A stretch of DNA of 64,000 nt from Betaproteobacteria bacterium (GCA_043759535.1 JAYVLI010000020.1:7718-71717), one strand, 5' to 3'; positions 18,501-28,285 are shown, numbered from the stretch's first letter. Notes: generated by a model from the sequence alone, not told the origin. Numbers and translations: made by a program.

Positions 18501-20597
18501 ATGCGCACCATCACCCTTGAACTGCTGCGCCACGGCCCGGCGCACAACCAGTTGCTGTCGCCGCTGACGCCCTACCTGGCGCTGTGTGAAAACCATGAAG
18601 CCGTGACCGTGCAAGTGACGCTGGAGCACAGCCAGCTGCTGCACCGGCTGCGCGCGCTCAGCTACCGGCTGGGCGAGGAGGCACGCCAGTTCCAGCTGCA
18701 GGACACCGCCCGCTGGCTGGCCGGCCTGCTGGCCAGCATCCCCGGCTTGAGCGCAGAGCTGCAGCGTGGCCAGGGGTGTGGGCCCGACGCCGCCGCCACC
18801 CCCCTGCACCTGCGCCTGGTCTTGTCCGCCAGCGAGCTGGCCTTGCTGCCGTTTGAGCTGGCCCTGGCCCCCAGCGCCTGGCCAGGCGCTGGCCAGCCGG
18901 TGCTGCTGCAGCAGCAAACGCCCATCTGCATCACCCGCGAAACCCGCCGTGTGGCCCAGCACACCCTGGCCTGGCCACAAGAGACCCGCGTGCTGCTGGT
19001 GTTGGCCAGCCCGGCCGGCCTGCCACCGGTGCCTGACCTGGCCCATCTGGTGGCGCTGCGCGGCTGCCTGGCGGCCTGGGCCGGCAGCCCCGCCAGCGTG
19101 GCCCAACACCTGACGGTCATCACCGACGCCACGCTGGACGCGGTGGAGCGCGCCTGCGCCGAGCAAGCCTTCACCCATGTCCACATCCTGGCCCACGGCG
19201 GTGAGCGCACGGACGGCTACGACACCCGCTTTGGCCTGCTGCTGCACACCGCCGGTGACCCGCAAGGCCCCGCCGACGTGGTGAGCGGTGAGCGGCTGGC
19301 CAGCGCGCTGCGCACCGTGCGGCGCGCTGGCGTCGGCGGGCTTGGTGGTGGCATGGATGGCAGCGCGTCCAGCCCATCCGTGGTCACCCTGGCCAGTTGC
19401 AACAGCGGCGCGGTGGGCGGGGTGATGGGCATAGGCGCCAGCATCGCCCACGCGCTGCACCAGGCCGGCATCCCGGTGGTGATTGCCAGCCAGTTTCCGT
19501 TGTCGTTTGGTGGCTCAGTGCGGATGGTGGAAACGCTGTATGACGGCCTGCTGTGGGGCGACGACCCGCGCACCCTGCTGGTGGCGCTGCGCCGCCAACT
19601 GCACACCCAGTTCCCCGACACCGGCGACTGGGCCAGCATCACCGCCTACACCGCCCTGCCGGCTGACTTTGAAGCCCAACTGGGTAACGCCCAGGTGCAG
19701 CGGGCGATGACGGCCATCAACGTGGCGATGGTGGCGGTGGAGGCCGCTGTGTTGCCGATGCCGGTGTTGCCACTGCCGGTGCTGCCGTCAGCAGCAGACG
19801 CTGGCGCGGTGGCCACGGCCACGGCCAGCCAGGCTGCCATCCCACCCCCAGCCGCCAGCAGTGAAAGCATCCACAGCGCCGTGCAGCAGATGCAGCGCGC
19901 CAAAGCCAGGCTGGCCGGCTTGGCGCCACCCGGCAACACCGCCCCGCTGCGGGTGCTGAAACTGCTGGCCAGCACTGAAAAACGCGAGGCCGGCCTTAGC
20001 CACCTGCAAGCCGGCCGTGCGCTGCAAGCCGGCGACACCATGCTGCAAGCGCAGCACCTGGCGGCGATGTGGGCTGCCTTGGACCGGGCCAGGCGCTTGT
20101 ATTTCGGCTGCTGGCAGCAGCAGCGCTCGGCCTACTTCACCACCCAGTACCTGTCGCTGGGCGTGGCGCTGCAACTGGGTGGCAAGCTGCCCGCCGGGGA
20201 TGCCCAGCCCGGCAGGGCACCCGAACAACTGTGGCACCTGGCGGAAGTGCAAGCCCAACACGACCTGCACAACGCCAGCGCGCAAGAGCAGGTCTGGGCC
20301 GTGGGCACCTTGATTGAGCTGTGCCTGCTGGCACCCGCCCTGCCCGGCCTGGCAGCGCGGCGCGGCGACTGGCCGGCACAAGCCAGCGCCCTGGCGCACC
20401 GGCTGGTCAGCAGCCTGCCGGGTGATGCGTTTGAGCTGCTCAGCACACGGCGCCAGATCGGCCGCTACCTGCAGTGGTACGGGCCGCTGTGCAGTGCGCC
20501 GCCACCCTGGCTGCCCGACCTGCTGGCCAGCGCGCAAGCGGTGTTTGATGCCCTGCCCGCGCTGGACAACGCGCCCTGGGACTACGCCCGCGGCTGA
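18501..20597 (+). CDS. CHAT domain (caspase-like, clan CD) protease with C-terminal helical/TPR-like region
   Basis: ELALLPFEL, RVLLVLASP, catalytic His in HVHILAHG, catalytic Cys in VVTLASCNSG, GIPVVIASQFPL and DWASITAY. Confidence 0.85.
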   Translation: MRTITLELLRHGPAHNQLLSPLTPYLALCENHEAVTVQVTLEHSQLLHRLRALSYRLGEEARQFQLQDTARWLAGLLASIPGLSAELQRGQGCGPDAAATPLHLRLVLSASELALLPFELALAPSAWPGAGQPVLLQQQTPICITRETRRVAQHTLAWPQETRVLLVLASPAGLPPVPDLAHLVALRGCLAAWAGSPASVAQHLTVITDATLDAVERACAEQAFTHVHILAHGGERTDGYDTRFGLLLHTAGDPQGPADVVSGERLASALRTVRRAGVGGLGGGMDGSASSPSVVTLASCNSGAVGGVMGIGASIAHALHQAGIPVVIASQFPLSFGGSVRMVETLYDGLLWGDDPRTLLVALRRQLHTQFPDTGDWASITAYTALPADFEAQLGNAQVQRAMTAINVAMVAVEAAVLPMPVLPLPVLPSAADAGAVATATASQAAIPPPAASSESIHSAVQQMQRAKARLAGLAPPGNTAPLRVLKLLASTEKREAGLSHLQAGRALQAGDTMLQAQHLAAMWAALDRARRLYFGCWQQQRSAYFTTQYLSLGVALQLGGKLPAGDAQPGRAPEQLWHLAEVQAQHDLHNASAQEQVWAVGTLIELCLLAPALPGLAARRGDWPAQASALAHRLVSSLPGDAFELLSTRRQIGRYLQWYGPLCSAPPPWLPDLLASAQAVFDALPALDNAPWDYARG

Positions 20598-21199
20598 ACC
20601 AGTTGCGCCTGCAAACCCTCGATGCGCTGCGCCAACAGGCGCACGGCCTCGGTCAAGGCCAACAGCTCGCGCGCTTTCAGCAAGTCCACTTTCTCGTGCA
20701 GCAGCTCGATCTCCAGCTCGGCCTTGACGTTGACCTCGTAGTCGTTCTCGGCGTGGTGCCTGTCCTGCTCGGACTGGCGGTTCTGGCTCATCATGATGGC
20801 CGGCGCGGTGTAGGCGGCCTGGAATGACAACAACAGGTTGAGCAGGATGAAGGGGTAGGGATCCCACGCGCCGTTGCCCACCAGCACATTGCCGCTGATC
20901 CACAACACGATGGCCGTGCTTTGAACCATGATGAAGCGCCACGAGCCGATGGTGGCCGCCACCGCGTCGGCCAGGCGCTGGCCGCGGGTGGGGGGTGCCA
21001 GGCTGGCATGGCCTGCCGGCGCTGATCCTGATGCTGGTGCTGGGCCTGTCAGCACGCCGGGCGGCCGGCGCAGGCGGTGGGCACGGCGGTGGGCACGCAA
21101 GGTTTGCAACTGCGCTCGCTCGTCCGGCAACAAGGCCGCTGGGGCGCCGGCTGGCCGGGCTTGGGTGCCGCTGGTATTGGGCTGGCTTGCTGCGGTCAT
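20582..21199 (-). CDS. DUF1003 family membrane protein
   Basis: GQRLADAVAATIGSWRFI, WDPYPFILLNLLLSFQAAYTAPAIMMSQNRQ and DYEVNVKAELEI. Confidence 0.9.
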   Translation of the reverse strand: MTAASQPNTSGTQARPAGAPAALLPDERAQLQTLRAHRRAHRLRRPPGVLTGPAPASGSAPAGHASLAPPTRGQRLADAVAATIGSWRFIMVQSTAIVLWISGNVLVGNGAWDPYPFILLNLLLSFQAAYTAPAIMMSQNRQSEQDRHHAENDYEVNVKAELEIELLHEKVDLLKARELLALTEAVRLLAQRIEGLQAQLVQPRA

Positions 21200-21251
21200 G
21201 TTGGCCTTGGCCGTGGATTGGCCTGCAGTGTGCGCCCAAGCTGTGGCCGGT

Positions 21252-22163
21252 TCAGCCCGCCACCTTGCCTGGCACCAACGCCAGCCGCAGCGCCAGCGCG
21301 CAGCAGGCCATTGCGGCCCACTGCACCGGGCCCAGTGGCTCAGCATGGAAGATGGCCCCCGACACCATGGCCACCACCGGCACCAGGATGGCGGACAGCC
21401 CCGCCACCGTGGTGGGCAGCAGCCCCACCACGGTGAACCAGGCGGCGTTGCCAATGGCCATGGGCACCAGGGTGATGTAGCCGATCACCAGCAGGGTTTG
21501 CCACGACGGCACAAACCAGTGGCCATCGCCCAGCAGCAGCGCACCGGTGCCAATCGGCACGGCGGTGATCAACAACTGCCAGCCGGTGAGCACCAGCGCC
21601 GGCACGGTGCCCGACAGTGAGGCACCGGCACGCTTCAAGATCATGGTGCCCACCGCCCAGCCGATGCCGCCGGCCAAGCCCAGCGCCACACCCAGCGGCG
21701 CCTGGGCATACACGCCGATGCTGCGCCACATCAGCAGCCCCACCGCCACGGCGCCCAGCGCAAGCGCCAGCAGCAGGCGGGGGCTCAAGCGTTGCGCGCC
21801 GGTGGCCCAGCCGATCAGCGCGGCCCACAGCGGCATGGTGAAGCCCAGCACCGCCGCCTGGCCCGACGGGATCATCAACGCGGCATAGGTGCTGGCGATG
21901 TTCCACAGCACCAGATAAAACAGCGTGGCCACCACCACCGTGCGCCAGTGGCGGCGCGGGATGACCAGCGACAGCCCACGCGCCCGCGCCACCGCCAACA
22001 GCGCCAGGCCGGCGCCTAACACCGATACAGCGCGGAAGGTCCACACCGACACCTCACGCACCGCGTACGGAAACAAGCCCCAGTTGGTGCCCCACACCAA
22101 TGTCAGCAAGGCCAGCAAGAGGATGGCGCGGGGTGGGATGGCAGGGGTGGGGGCTGTGGGCAT
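21252..22163 (-). CDS. DMT/EamA family transporter
   Basis: LVWGTNW, two EamA repeats, about 10 TM segments. Confidence 0.9.
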   Translation of the reverse strand: MPTAPTPAIPPRAILLLALLTLVWGTNWGLFPYAVREVSVWTFRAVSVLGAGLALLAVARARGLSLVIPRRHWRTVVVATLFYLVLWNIASTYAALMIPSGQAAVLGFTMPLWAALIGWATGAQRLSPRLLLALALGAVAVGLLMWRSIGVYAQAPLGVALGLAGGIGWAVGTMILKRAGASLSGTVPALVLTGWQLLITAVPIGTGALLLGDGHWFVPSWQTLLVIGYITLVPMAIGNAAWFTVVGLLPTTVAGLSAILVPVVAMVSGAIFHAEPLGPVQWAAMACCALALRLALVPGKVAG

Positions 22164-22290
22164 CGGGTGGGGGTTTGGGCCAACGCGGCGCGGCTCAAAG
22201 TAAGGGCCAGTCAGTATCCCCGCCGCACGGCGGGCCGGGCATCGCCATGCTTGAATCCGGGGTTTTCATCCCGCACAAGACGAGCCCGGC

Positions 22291-22911
22291 ATGCCGCTGT
22301 TTCCAGCCACCACACCCCAAGATTTGCGCCACCTGACGCAGCAATTTGCGCAGGCGGGCCGCATCAGCCAGATCCTGCTGCGGCCCGCGCGGGCGGCGAC
22401 GATGCAGGCGGTGGACCGTGCCCAAGCCGTGGCAAGCCGGGGCTTGGTGGGGGACAGATCGGGCGACAAGCCCGCCGGCCGCGCGGGTGTTGGCGGCGCA
22501 AGTGCGGGCGTCGGCGGCAAACGCCAGATCACCCTGCTGCAGGCCGAGCACCTGCCGGTGATCCAGGCGCTGTGCGGTTTGAAAGCCCTGCCCGCCACGC
22601 TGCTGCGCCGCAATCTGGTGGTGGCTGGCTTCAACCTGCTGGCTGCACGCAGCTTGTTCAAAGACACACCGCTGCTGCTGCGCTTGGGCGCCGCCGATGA
22701 CCCGGCAGCAGTGCTGTTGGAGATCACCGGGCCGTGTGAGCCCTGCTCGAAAATGGAAGCGGCACTGGGGCCGGGTGGCTACAACGCGATGCGGGGCCAC
22801 GGCGGTGTCACGGCACGGGTGCTGCGCGGTGGCTGGCTGCGGGTGGGCGCACCGGTGGTTTGCCTGCCGGCCGGGCCGGCAGCACACCCCATCAACGGCA
22901 GCACACAGTGA
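22291..22911 (+). CDS. MOSC domain protein
   Basis: GLVGDR, RQITLLQAEH, LRRNLVV, TGPCEPCSKM and RGHGGVTARV. Confidence 0.88.
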   Translation: MPLFPATTPQDLRHLTQQFAQAGRISQILLRPARAATMQAVDRAQAVASRGLVGDRSGDKPAGRAGVGGASAGVGGKRQITLLQAEHLPVIQALCGLKALPATLLRRNLVVAGFNLLAARSLFKDTPLLLRLGAADDPAAVLLEITGPCEPCSKMEAALGPGGYNAMRGHGGVTARVLRGGWLRVGAPVVCLPAGPAAHPINGSTQ

Positions 22912-22967
22912 TCACCGCCGTGCGGGCGGCGGCAGCGTCCTGATCACCCCATCACCGCATCACCCCA

Positions 22968-25019
22968 CTACTGCACCACCCCATCGCCCAGCGCCAGGCC
23001 CTCACGCCGTGGGTCAGCCCCACCCACCAATGCCGCTGCGCCGTTGCGTTGGGTTTTGATGACCGTGCCAGTGCCGCTGCTTTGCGCTACCACGCTCACC
23101 GTGTGGCCCAGTGCGCGCAGGCCGGTCACCAGGCTGTCACCGGCGCCGTTGTTGGCCACCAGCACATTGGGGTGCTCACCGCCCACGCCGGTGGTGGCGC
23201 TGTTGCTGGCGCCAAAGTTGACCATCGAGGTGGCCTGCTGCGCGTCCATGCCCCAGTCCAGCACGCCCACCACCGTCTTGGTCACGAACTGGATGATGCT
23301 GGCGCCGCCGGGCGAGCCGGTGCCCATCACAAAGTCACCCCGGCTGCCGTCCGCTGCTTTGGCAAACACCAGCGTGGGCGCCATTGAGCTGCGGGGCCGC
23401 TTGAGCGGCCCAACCCGGTTGGCGATGGGGCCGGCAGCATCGGACGGCGCAAACGAGAAGTCGGTGAGCTGGTTGTTCAGCAAAAAGCCCTTGGCCATGC
23501 GGAACGAGCCCATCGAACTTTCTACCGTGGTGGTCATCACCACCACGTTGCCAGCCGCATCCACGATGGTCATGTGGGTGGTGCCACGGCCTTCCGCTGC
23601 GCTGATGCCTTGCGGCGTGAAGCCGGCAAACACACCGGCGGTGGCCACGCCCATGCTCTTGTCAAAGCGGATCAGGTTGGCGCGGCTGCGCAAATAGGTT
23701 TTGTCCAGCAGTGCGTCGGTGCTGCCGCCGGGCAGTGGCACAAAGTCGGTGTCGGCCACGTATTTGTTGCGGTCGGCGTAGGCCAGGCGTTCAGCCTCGC
23801 TGACCAGATGCACGCCCAGCACCGACGGCTTGCCGCCCTCGCTGTCCATGCTGGTGGGGCTGAAGGCCGCCAGGCTGTAGTTCTCCAACATGCCCAGCGC
23901 CTGCGCCACCGCAATGCCGCCCGATGACGGTGGCGGCATGCCGCACACCCACCAGCTGCGGTAGGTGGTGCAGACCGCCGTGCGCTTGACCGGCCGGTAG
24001 GCGGCCAGGTCGGCCAGCGTGGTCAGGCCGGGTGTCAGGGCGATGGCCGTGGGGCCGCTGCCCACAGTGGCGCCGATTTTGTCCACGATGGCCTGGGCGA
24101 TCGGCCCGGTGTACAGCGCGTTGGCGCCGCCTGCGGCCAGCGCGGTCAAGGTGTCGGCATAGGCCGGGTTCTTGAGCAAGCTGCCCAGCGGCTTGGCGGT
24201 GTAGTCAGGCGCCGGGCCGTAAAAGTAGGCGGTGGCTTCAGCATCTACCAGCAAGCTGGCCTTGTTGGCCACAATGGCGTCCGCCATGCGGCCGCTGATC
24301 TTGAAGCCGTTGCTGGCCAGTTGGATGCCGGCGGCAAACAGGCTGTTCCACGGCAGCTTGCCGTTGTCCTGGTAGGCCAGCTCCAGCATGCGCACCGCGC
24401 CCGGTGTGCCCACCGACCGGCCGCTGGCGCGCACACCACCAAAGGCGGCGCCGTCGGTGGTCACCGTGGCGGCGGTGGGCAGCGGGTAGGCGGTGTTGGT
24501 GGGGCTGATGGTGCGCAAATAGTCTGGGGTGGCGGCGGCCGGCGCTTGCTCGCGCCCGTCGTAGGCCTGCACCACGCCGGTCTTGGCGTTGAAGTGCAGC
24601 ATGAAAGCGCCACCGCCCAGACCCGAGCTTTGGGGCTCCACCAGGCCCAACACGGCTTGCACCGCCACCGCGGCGTCGACCGCGCTACCGCCTTTTTTCA
24701 GGATGTCGCAACCGGCCTGGCTGGCCAGTGGATTGGCGGTGACCACCATGTAGTTTTTGCCCACCACCGGCTTGGCGCCCAGCTTGTAGCCCGAGGCTGG
24801 CTCAGGGATGGCCGGGTCACCGGGCAGGCCCGACCCCACCACCACCGCGCCGCTGCTGGTGGTCTGGGTGCAAGACACATCGGCCGGCGTGACAGGGGGT
24901 GTGGGCGTGGGCGTCTCGCTGTCACTGCCGCCGCAGGCCACCAGCGTGGCGCCCAACAAGGTGATGGGCAGCAGCAGCCAGGGCCGGCGGGTGCGTGGTG
25001 TCGGGGTGGGCAAGCGCAT
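22968..25019 (-). CDS. ggt: Gamma-glutamyltransferase, lipoprotein
   Basis: Lipobox LVAC, GGSAVDAAVA, EPQSSGLGGG, autocleavage Thr in GTTHMTIVD, LNNQLTDF, KRPRSSM, GSPGG and ADPRREG. Confidence 0.93.
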   Translation of the reverse strand: MRLPTPTPRTRRPWLLLPITLLGATLVACGGSDSETPTPTPPVTPADVSCTQTTSSGAVVVGSGLPGDPAIPEPASGYKLGAKPVVGKNYMVVTANPLASQAGCDILKKGGSAVDAAVAVQAVLGLVEPQSSGLGGGAFMLHFNAKTGVVQAYDGREQAPAAATPDYLRTISPTNTAYPLPTAATVTTDGAAFGGVRASGRSVGTPGAVRMLELAYQDNGKLPWNSLFAAGIQLASNGFKISGRMADAIVANKASLLVDAEATAYFYGPAPDYTAKPLGSLLKNPAYADTLTALAAGGANALYTGPIAQAIVDKIGATVGSGPTAIALTPGLTTLADLAAYRPVKRTAVCTTYRSWWVCGMPPPSSGGIAVAQALGMLENYSLAAFSPTSMDSEGGKPSVLGVHLVSEAERLAYADRNKYVADTDFVPLPGGSTDALLDKTYLRSRANLIRFDKSMGVATAGVFAGFTPQGISAAEGRGTTHMTIVDAAGNVVVMTTTVESSMGSFRMAKGFLLNNQLTDFSFAPSDAAGPIANRVGPLKRPRSSMAPTLVFAKAADGSRGDFVMGTGSPGGASIIQFVTKTVVGVLDWGMDAQQATSMVNFGASNSATTGVGGEHPNVLVANNGAGDSLVTGLRALGHTVSVVAQSSGTGTVIKTQRNGAAALVGGADPRREGLALGDGVVQ

Positions 25020-25297
25020 GGCGGTGCTTTCTTGGTGGTGGTGGAAGGCGGGTTGGGGACGTGCTTCAAGGCGGTGACTTGCAGCACACCGCAGTGTGAC
25101 GTTTTGGGCATTTTGTACACGCCCCAGCAACAAACCGGTGAAGACCCTCCCCCGCAGTGCGGGGCCTGCCCGGTGCGTGACAAGTTTACAAACGCTTAAC
25201 ATTCGCAACCGTTTGCAACCGTTCACAACCCACTGTCCTGACTGCCCCCGTTGCCACCGCCGGGGTACGCACCGGGCAGCCTCTGCCCTCCCTTGTC

Positions 25298-26248
25298 ATG
25301 GCCTTGCTGCAACACCACTTTTTTGCGTCCAGCGTTGGGCGGCCCACAGCAGCGGCAGGGGTGCCGGCCAGCCCGTGGTGGCCCAACCTGGCGCAAATGC
25401 GCAGCGCCACCCACACCCGGCGCAGCAACCTGGGCCGGCAGTTCAAACTGGCCTGGGCGCTGCTGAGCGCACTGCCGTACCGGGCCCAGTTCAACCAGGT
25501 GCTGCAGGCCCACCCGCACTGGTTGGCCCTGTTCAGCCAGCAGCCGCGCAGCTTTGAGCCGCTGCTGCAATCGTTTATCGACAGGCGCTACAGCACCGCC
25601 CAGCGTTTTGCCCACCTGCAACATGATCTGGCCAGCGCCACCCAAGCCTTTGGCGCAGCCACTTGCGCCCGCATCGCCAACGGTGAGCGGGTGGCGCTGT
25701 GGCACCTGGCCGGTGTGGGCCCGGTGTGTCTGGAGGTCAACAGCGTGTGCCGCCGTGAGGGCTTGTGGAGCTTGGGCCTGTGGACCGATGCCGGCCTGCG
25801 GCTGTGCCAAATCAGCTTTTCGGTGCTGCGGGGTGACCGACTGACCATCGGGTCAGTGCAGGGCGCACCGGCCCACGACGCACAAGCCATGCAATGTGTG
25901 CGTGACGCCACCCACGCCGCTGCAGGCCTGCGCCCACCGCACCTGCTGGTCGAGCTGCTGCGCATCCTGTGCCAGCGCGGTGGCCTGGCGCTGCAGGGCG
26001 TGGACCCGCAACACCATGTCAAACGGCGCTGGCACCAGCAGGTGTTGCAGGTGTCGTTTGACTATTGCGGTTTTTGGGCCGGGCTGGGTGGCCTGCGGCT
26101 GGCCGATGGTTTTTGGGGCCTGCCGGCGCAGCGCCCGGCGCGTGACCTGGCTGACGTGCCGGCCAAACGGCGGGCCATGTACCGCCGCCGCGCCACGCTG
26201 CTGGACGCCCTGCCCGGCCAACTGCAGCACCTGCCGGCGGCGGCTTGA
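25298..26248 (+). CDS. VirK/YbjX (DUF535) family protein
   Basis: RREGLWSL, IGSVQG, ATHAAAGLRP, FDYCGFWAGLGG and DVPAKRRAMYRRR. Confidence 0.8.
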   Translation: MALLQHHFFASSVGRPTAAAGVPASPWWPNLAQMRSATHTRRSNLGRQFKLAWALLSALPYRAQFNQVLQAHPHWLALFSQQPRSFEPLLQSFIDRRYSTAQRFAHLQHDLASATQAFGAATCARIANGERVALWHLAGVGPVCLEVNSVCRREGLWSLGLWTDAGLRLCQISFSVLRGDRLTIGSVQGAPAHDAQAMQCVRDATHAAAGLRPPHLLVELLRILCQRGGLALQGVDPQHHVKRRWHQQVLQVSFDYCGFWAGLGGLRLADGFWGLPAQRPARDLADVPAKRRAMYRRRATLLDALPGQLQHLPAAA

Positions 26249-26379
26249 TGGCCATCACCTGAGGCCAGGCCCGGTTGATTGTTGAACTGGGGGGCTGACG
26301 CGCGACAGCCCAGATTGCCACCCGATTGCCGCCGGCATGGCAGCAGAATCAGCGCCACACACCCACGCGGAGACCCTCA

Positions 26380-26955
26380 ATGGCACTGACTGCCTACCTC
26401 AAGCTCAAAGGCCAGAAACAAGGTGACATCAAAGGCTCAGTGACGCAAAAAGGGCGTGAAGGCAAGATTGCGGTGGTGGCCGCCCGCCACGGTGTGATCA
26501 GCCCACGCGATGCCGCCAGCGGCCTGCCCACCGGCCGCCGCCAGCACCGTGCTTTCATGCTGACCAAAGAGCTGGATGCGTCATCACCGCTGCTGTACGC
26601 ACTGTTGGTCAACAACGAAAACATCCCCGAATGGGAGCTGCAGTGCTGGGCACCGCAGCTCAGGGCCACCGCCGGCGCAGGCACCGAGGTGCAGCACTAC
26701 ACGGTGCGGCTGACGGATGCCAAGCTGTCCGACATCCAGTTTGTGATGGCAGACAACCGCGACCCGGCGCTGGCCAAACTGGCCGCATCAGAGGAGTTGT
26801 CGTTCACCTACAGCAAGATCGAATGGCTGTGGACCGCCGGCGGCATCAGCACCAGCGATAGCTGGGAAACCGGGGCCAGCCTGGGCAAGCCGGCAGCGCG
26901 CAAACCAGCGGCAAATAGGGCGGTGGCAAAGAAGCCGGCCGCAAAGAAGACCTGA
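26380..26955 (+). CDS. hcp: Hcp/TssD type VI secretion tube-family protein, orphan, with Lys/Ala/Pro-rich tail
   Basis: AYLKLKGQKQGDIKGS, PRDAASGLPTGRRQH, TKELDASSPLL and EELSFTYSKIEW. GGAG RBS. Confidence 0.9.
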   Translation: MALTAYLKLKGQKQGDIKGSVTQKGREGKIAVVAARHGVISPRDAASGLPTGRRQHRAFMLTKELDASSPLLYALLVNNENIPEWELQCWAPQLRATAGAGTEVQHYTVRLTDAKLSDIQFVMADNRDPALAKLAASEELSFTYSKIEWLWTAGGISTSDSWETGASLGKPAARKPAANRAVAKKPAAKKT

Positions 26956-27012
26956 GCTTGGGCAGCCTGCCAGCGACCTGCCAGCGCCACGCGGCGTTTG
27001 CAGCACCTGGCC

Positions 27013-28275
27013 TCAAGTCACCGCCTTGCGCTGCAGGTACTCAGGCGCATCCCAGGCGCGGGTGGTCATCACGTCTTGCAGCGTGGCCACTGCGTCCCAC
27101 ACATCCACAAACCGCAGGTACAGCGGGGCAAAGCCGAAGCGCAAGATGTCGGGCGCACGGAAGTCGCCGATCACACCCCGGGCAATCAGCGCCTGCATCA
27201 CGGCATAACCTTGTGGGTGGGTCAGGGCCACCTGGCTGCCACGTTGGGCGCCATCCCGCGGGCTGGCCAGGCCGAACGCATCACACCCAAGCTGCGCGTC
27301 CACCAGCTGAATGAACAGCGTGGTCAGGGCCAGGCTTTTGTGGCGCAGGGCGGCCATGTCCACACCATCAAATGCGGTGAGTGCAGCCTCCAGCGCAATC
27401 AGGCTGAGCTGCGGCGCGGTGCCCACCAGCAGGCGGGCCATGCCGGGCGCTGGCTCAAAACCATGCTCAAACGTGAAGGGCCGCGCATGGCCGTGCCAGC
27501 CGGTGATGGGCTGTTGCAGCACGGCCTGGTGGCGCTGTGCGACAAAGGCAAAGGCCGGCGCGCCCGGCCCGCCGTTCAGGTATTTGTAGCCGCAGCCCAC
27601 CGCAAAGTCGGCCTGCACGGCGGTCAAATCACAGGGCAGCGCACCGGTGGTGTGGGCCAAATCCCACAGCACCAGCGCGCCCACGGCGTGCGCCCGGCGG
27701 GTGATGGCGGCCATGTCGTAAACCTGGCCGCTGCGGTAGTTGACGTGGGTGAGCGAGACGATGGCCACGCTGTCGTCAATGGCCTCCAGCAGCGCGCTGG
27801 GGTCCACCGTCACCAGCTCGGCACCGGTGAGGCCAGCCACACCGTTGGCGATGTAAACATCAGTGGGGAAGTTGCCCTGCTCCCCCAAGATGCGCCGCCG
27901 CCCGGGCCGCAGCCGCAAGCCCGCCACCAGCAGCTTGAACAGGTTGACCGAGACCGAATCGGCCACGATCACCTCGTCGGCCGCAGCGCCAATCAGCGTG
28001 GCGATGCGGGCACCCACACGCTGCGGCGCCTGGTACCAATCGGCATCGTTCCAGCTGCGGATCAGGCCTTGCGCCCACTCCTGCTGCAGGGCGATGGCCA
28101 AACGCTGCGGCACGGCCTTGGGCATGGCGCCCAGCGAGTTACCGTCCAGGTAAATCACGCCTGCTGGCAGCTCGAAGCGCTCACGCAGCGGGGCCAGTGG
28201 GTCTTGCTGGTCCAGGGCGAGACAGGTGGCGCGGATGGTGGTGGGGTCGGTGGCGTGGTCAGGGGTGGTGTGCAT
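27013..28275 (-). CDS. kynU: Kynureninase
   Basis: IYLDGNSLG, LIRSWN, WDLAHTTGA, PLP lysine in GCGYKYLNGGPG and RGSQV. Confidence 0.93.
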   Translation of the reverse strand: MHTTPDHATDPTTIRATCLALDQQDPLAPLRERFELPAGVIYLDGNSLGAMPKAVPQRLAIALQQEWAQGLIRSWNDADWYQAPQRVGARIATLIGAAADEVIVADSVSVNLFKLLVAGLRLRPGRRRILGEQGNFPTDVYIANGVAGLTGAELVTVDPSALLEAIDDSVAIVSLTHVNYRSGQVYDMAAITRRAHAVGALVLWDLAHTTGALPCDLTAVQADFAVGCGYKYLNGGPGAPAFAFVAQRHQAVLQQPITGWHGHARPFTFEHGFEPAPGMARLLVGTAPQLSLIALEAALTAFDGVDMAALRHKSLALTTLFIQLVDAQLGCDAFGLASPRDGAQRGSQVALTHPQGYAVMQALIARGVIGDFRAPDILRFGFAPLYLRFVDVWDAVATLQDVMTTRAWDAPEYLQRKAVT

Positions 28276-28285
28276 GGTGGTTGCC

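Noticed and set aside
25298-26955. Type VI secretion locus or hcp-vgrG effector island
   Set aside because: Only hcp is present, and its neighbours are a VirK-like gene and kynU.
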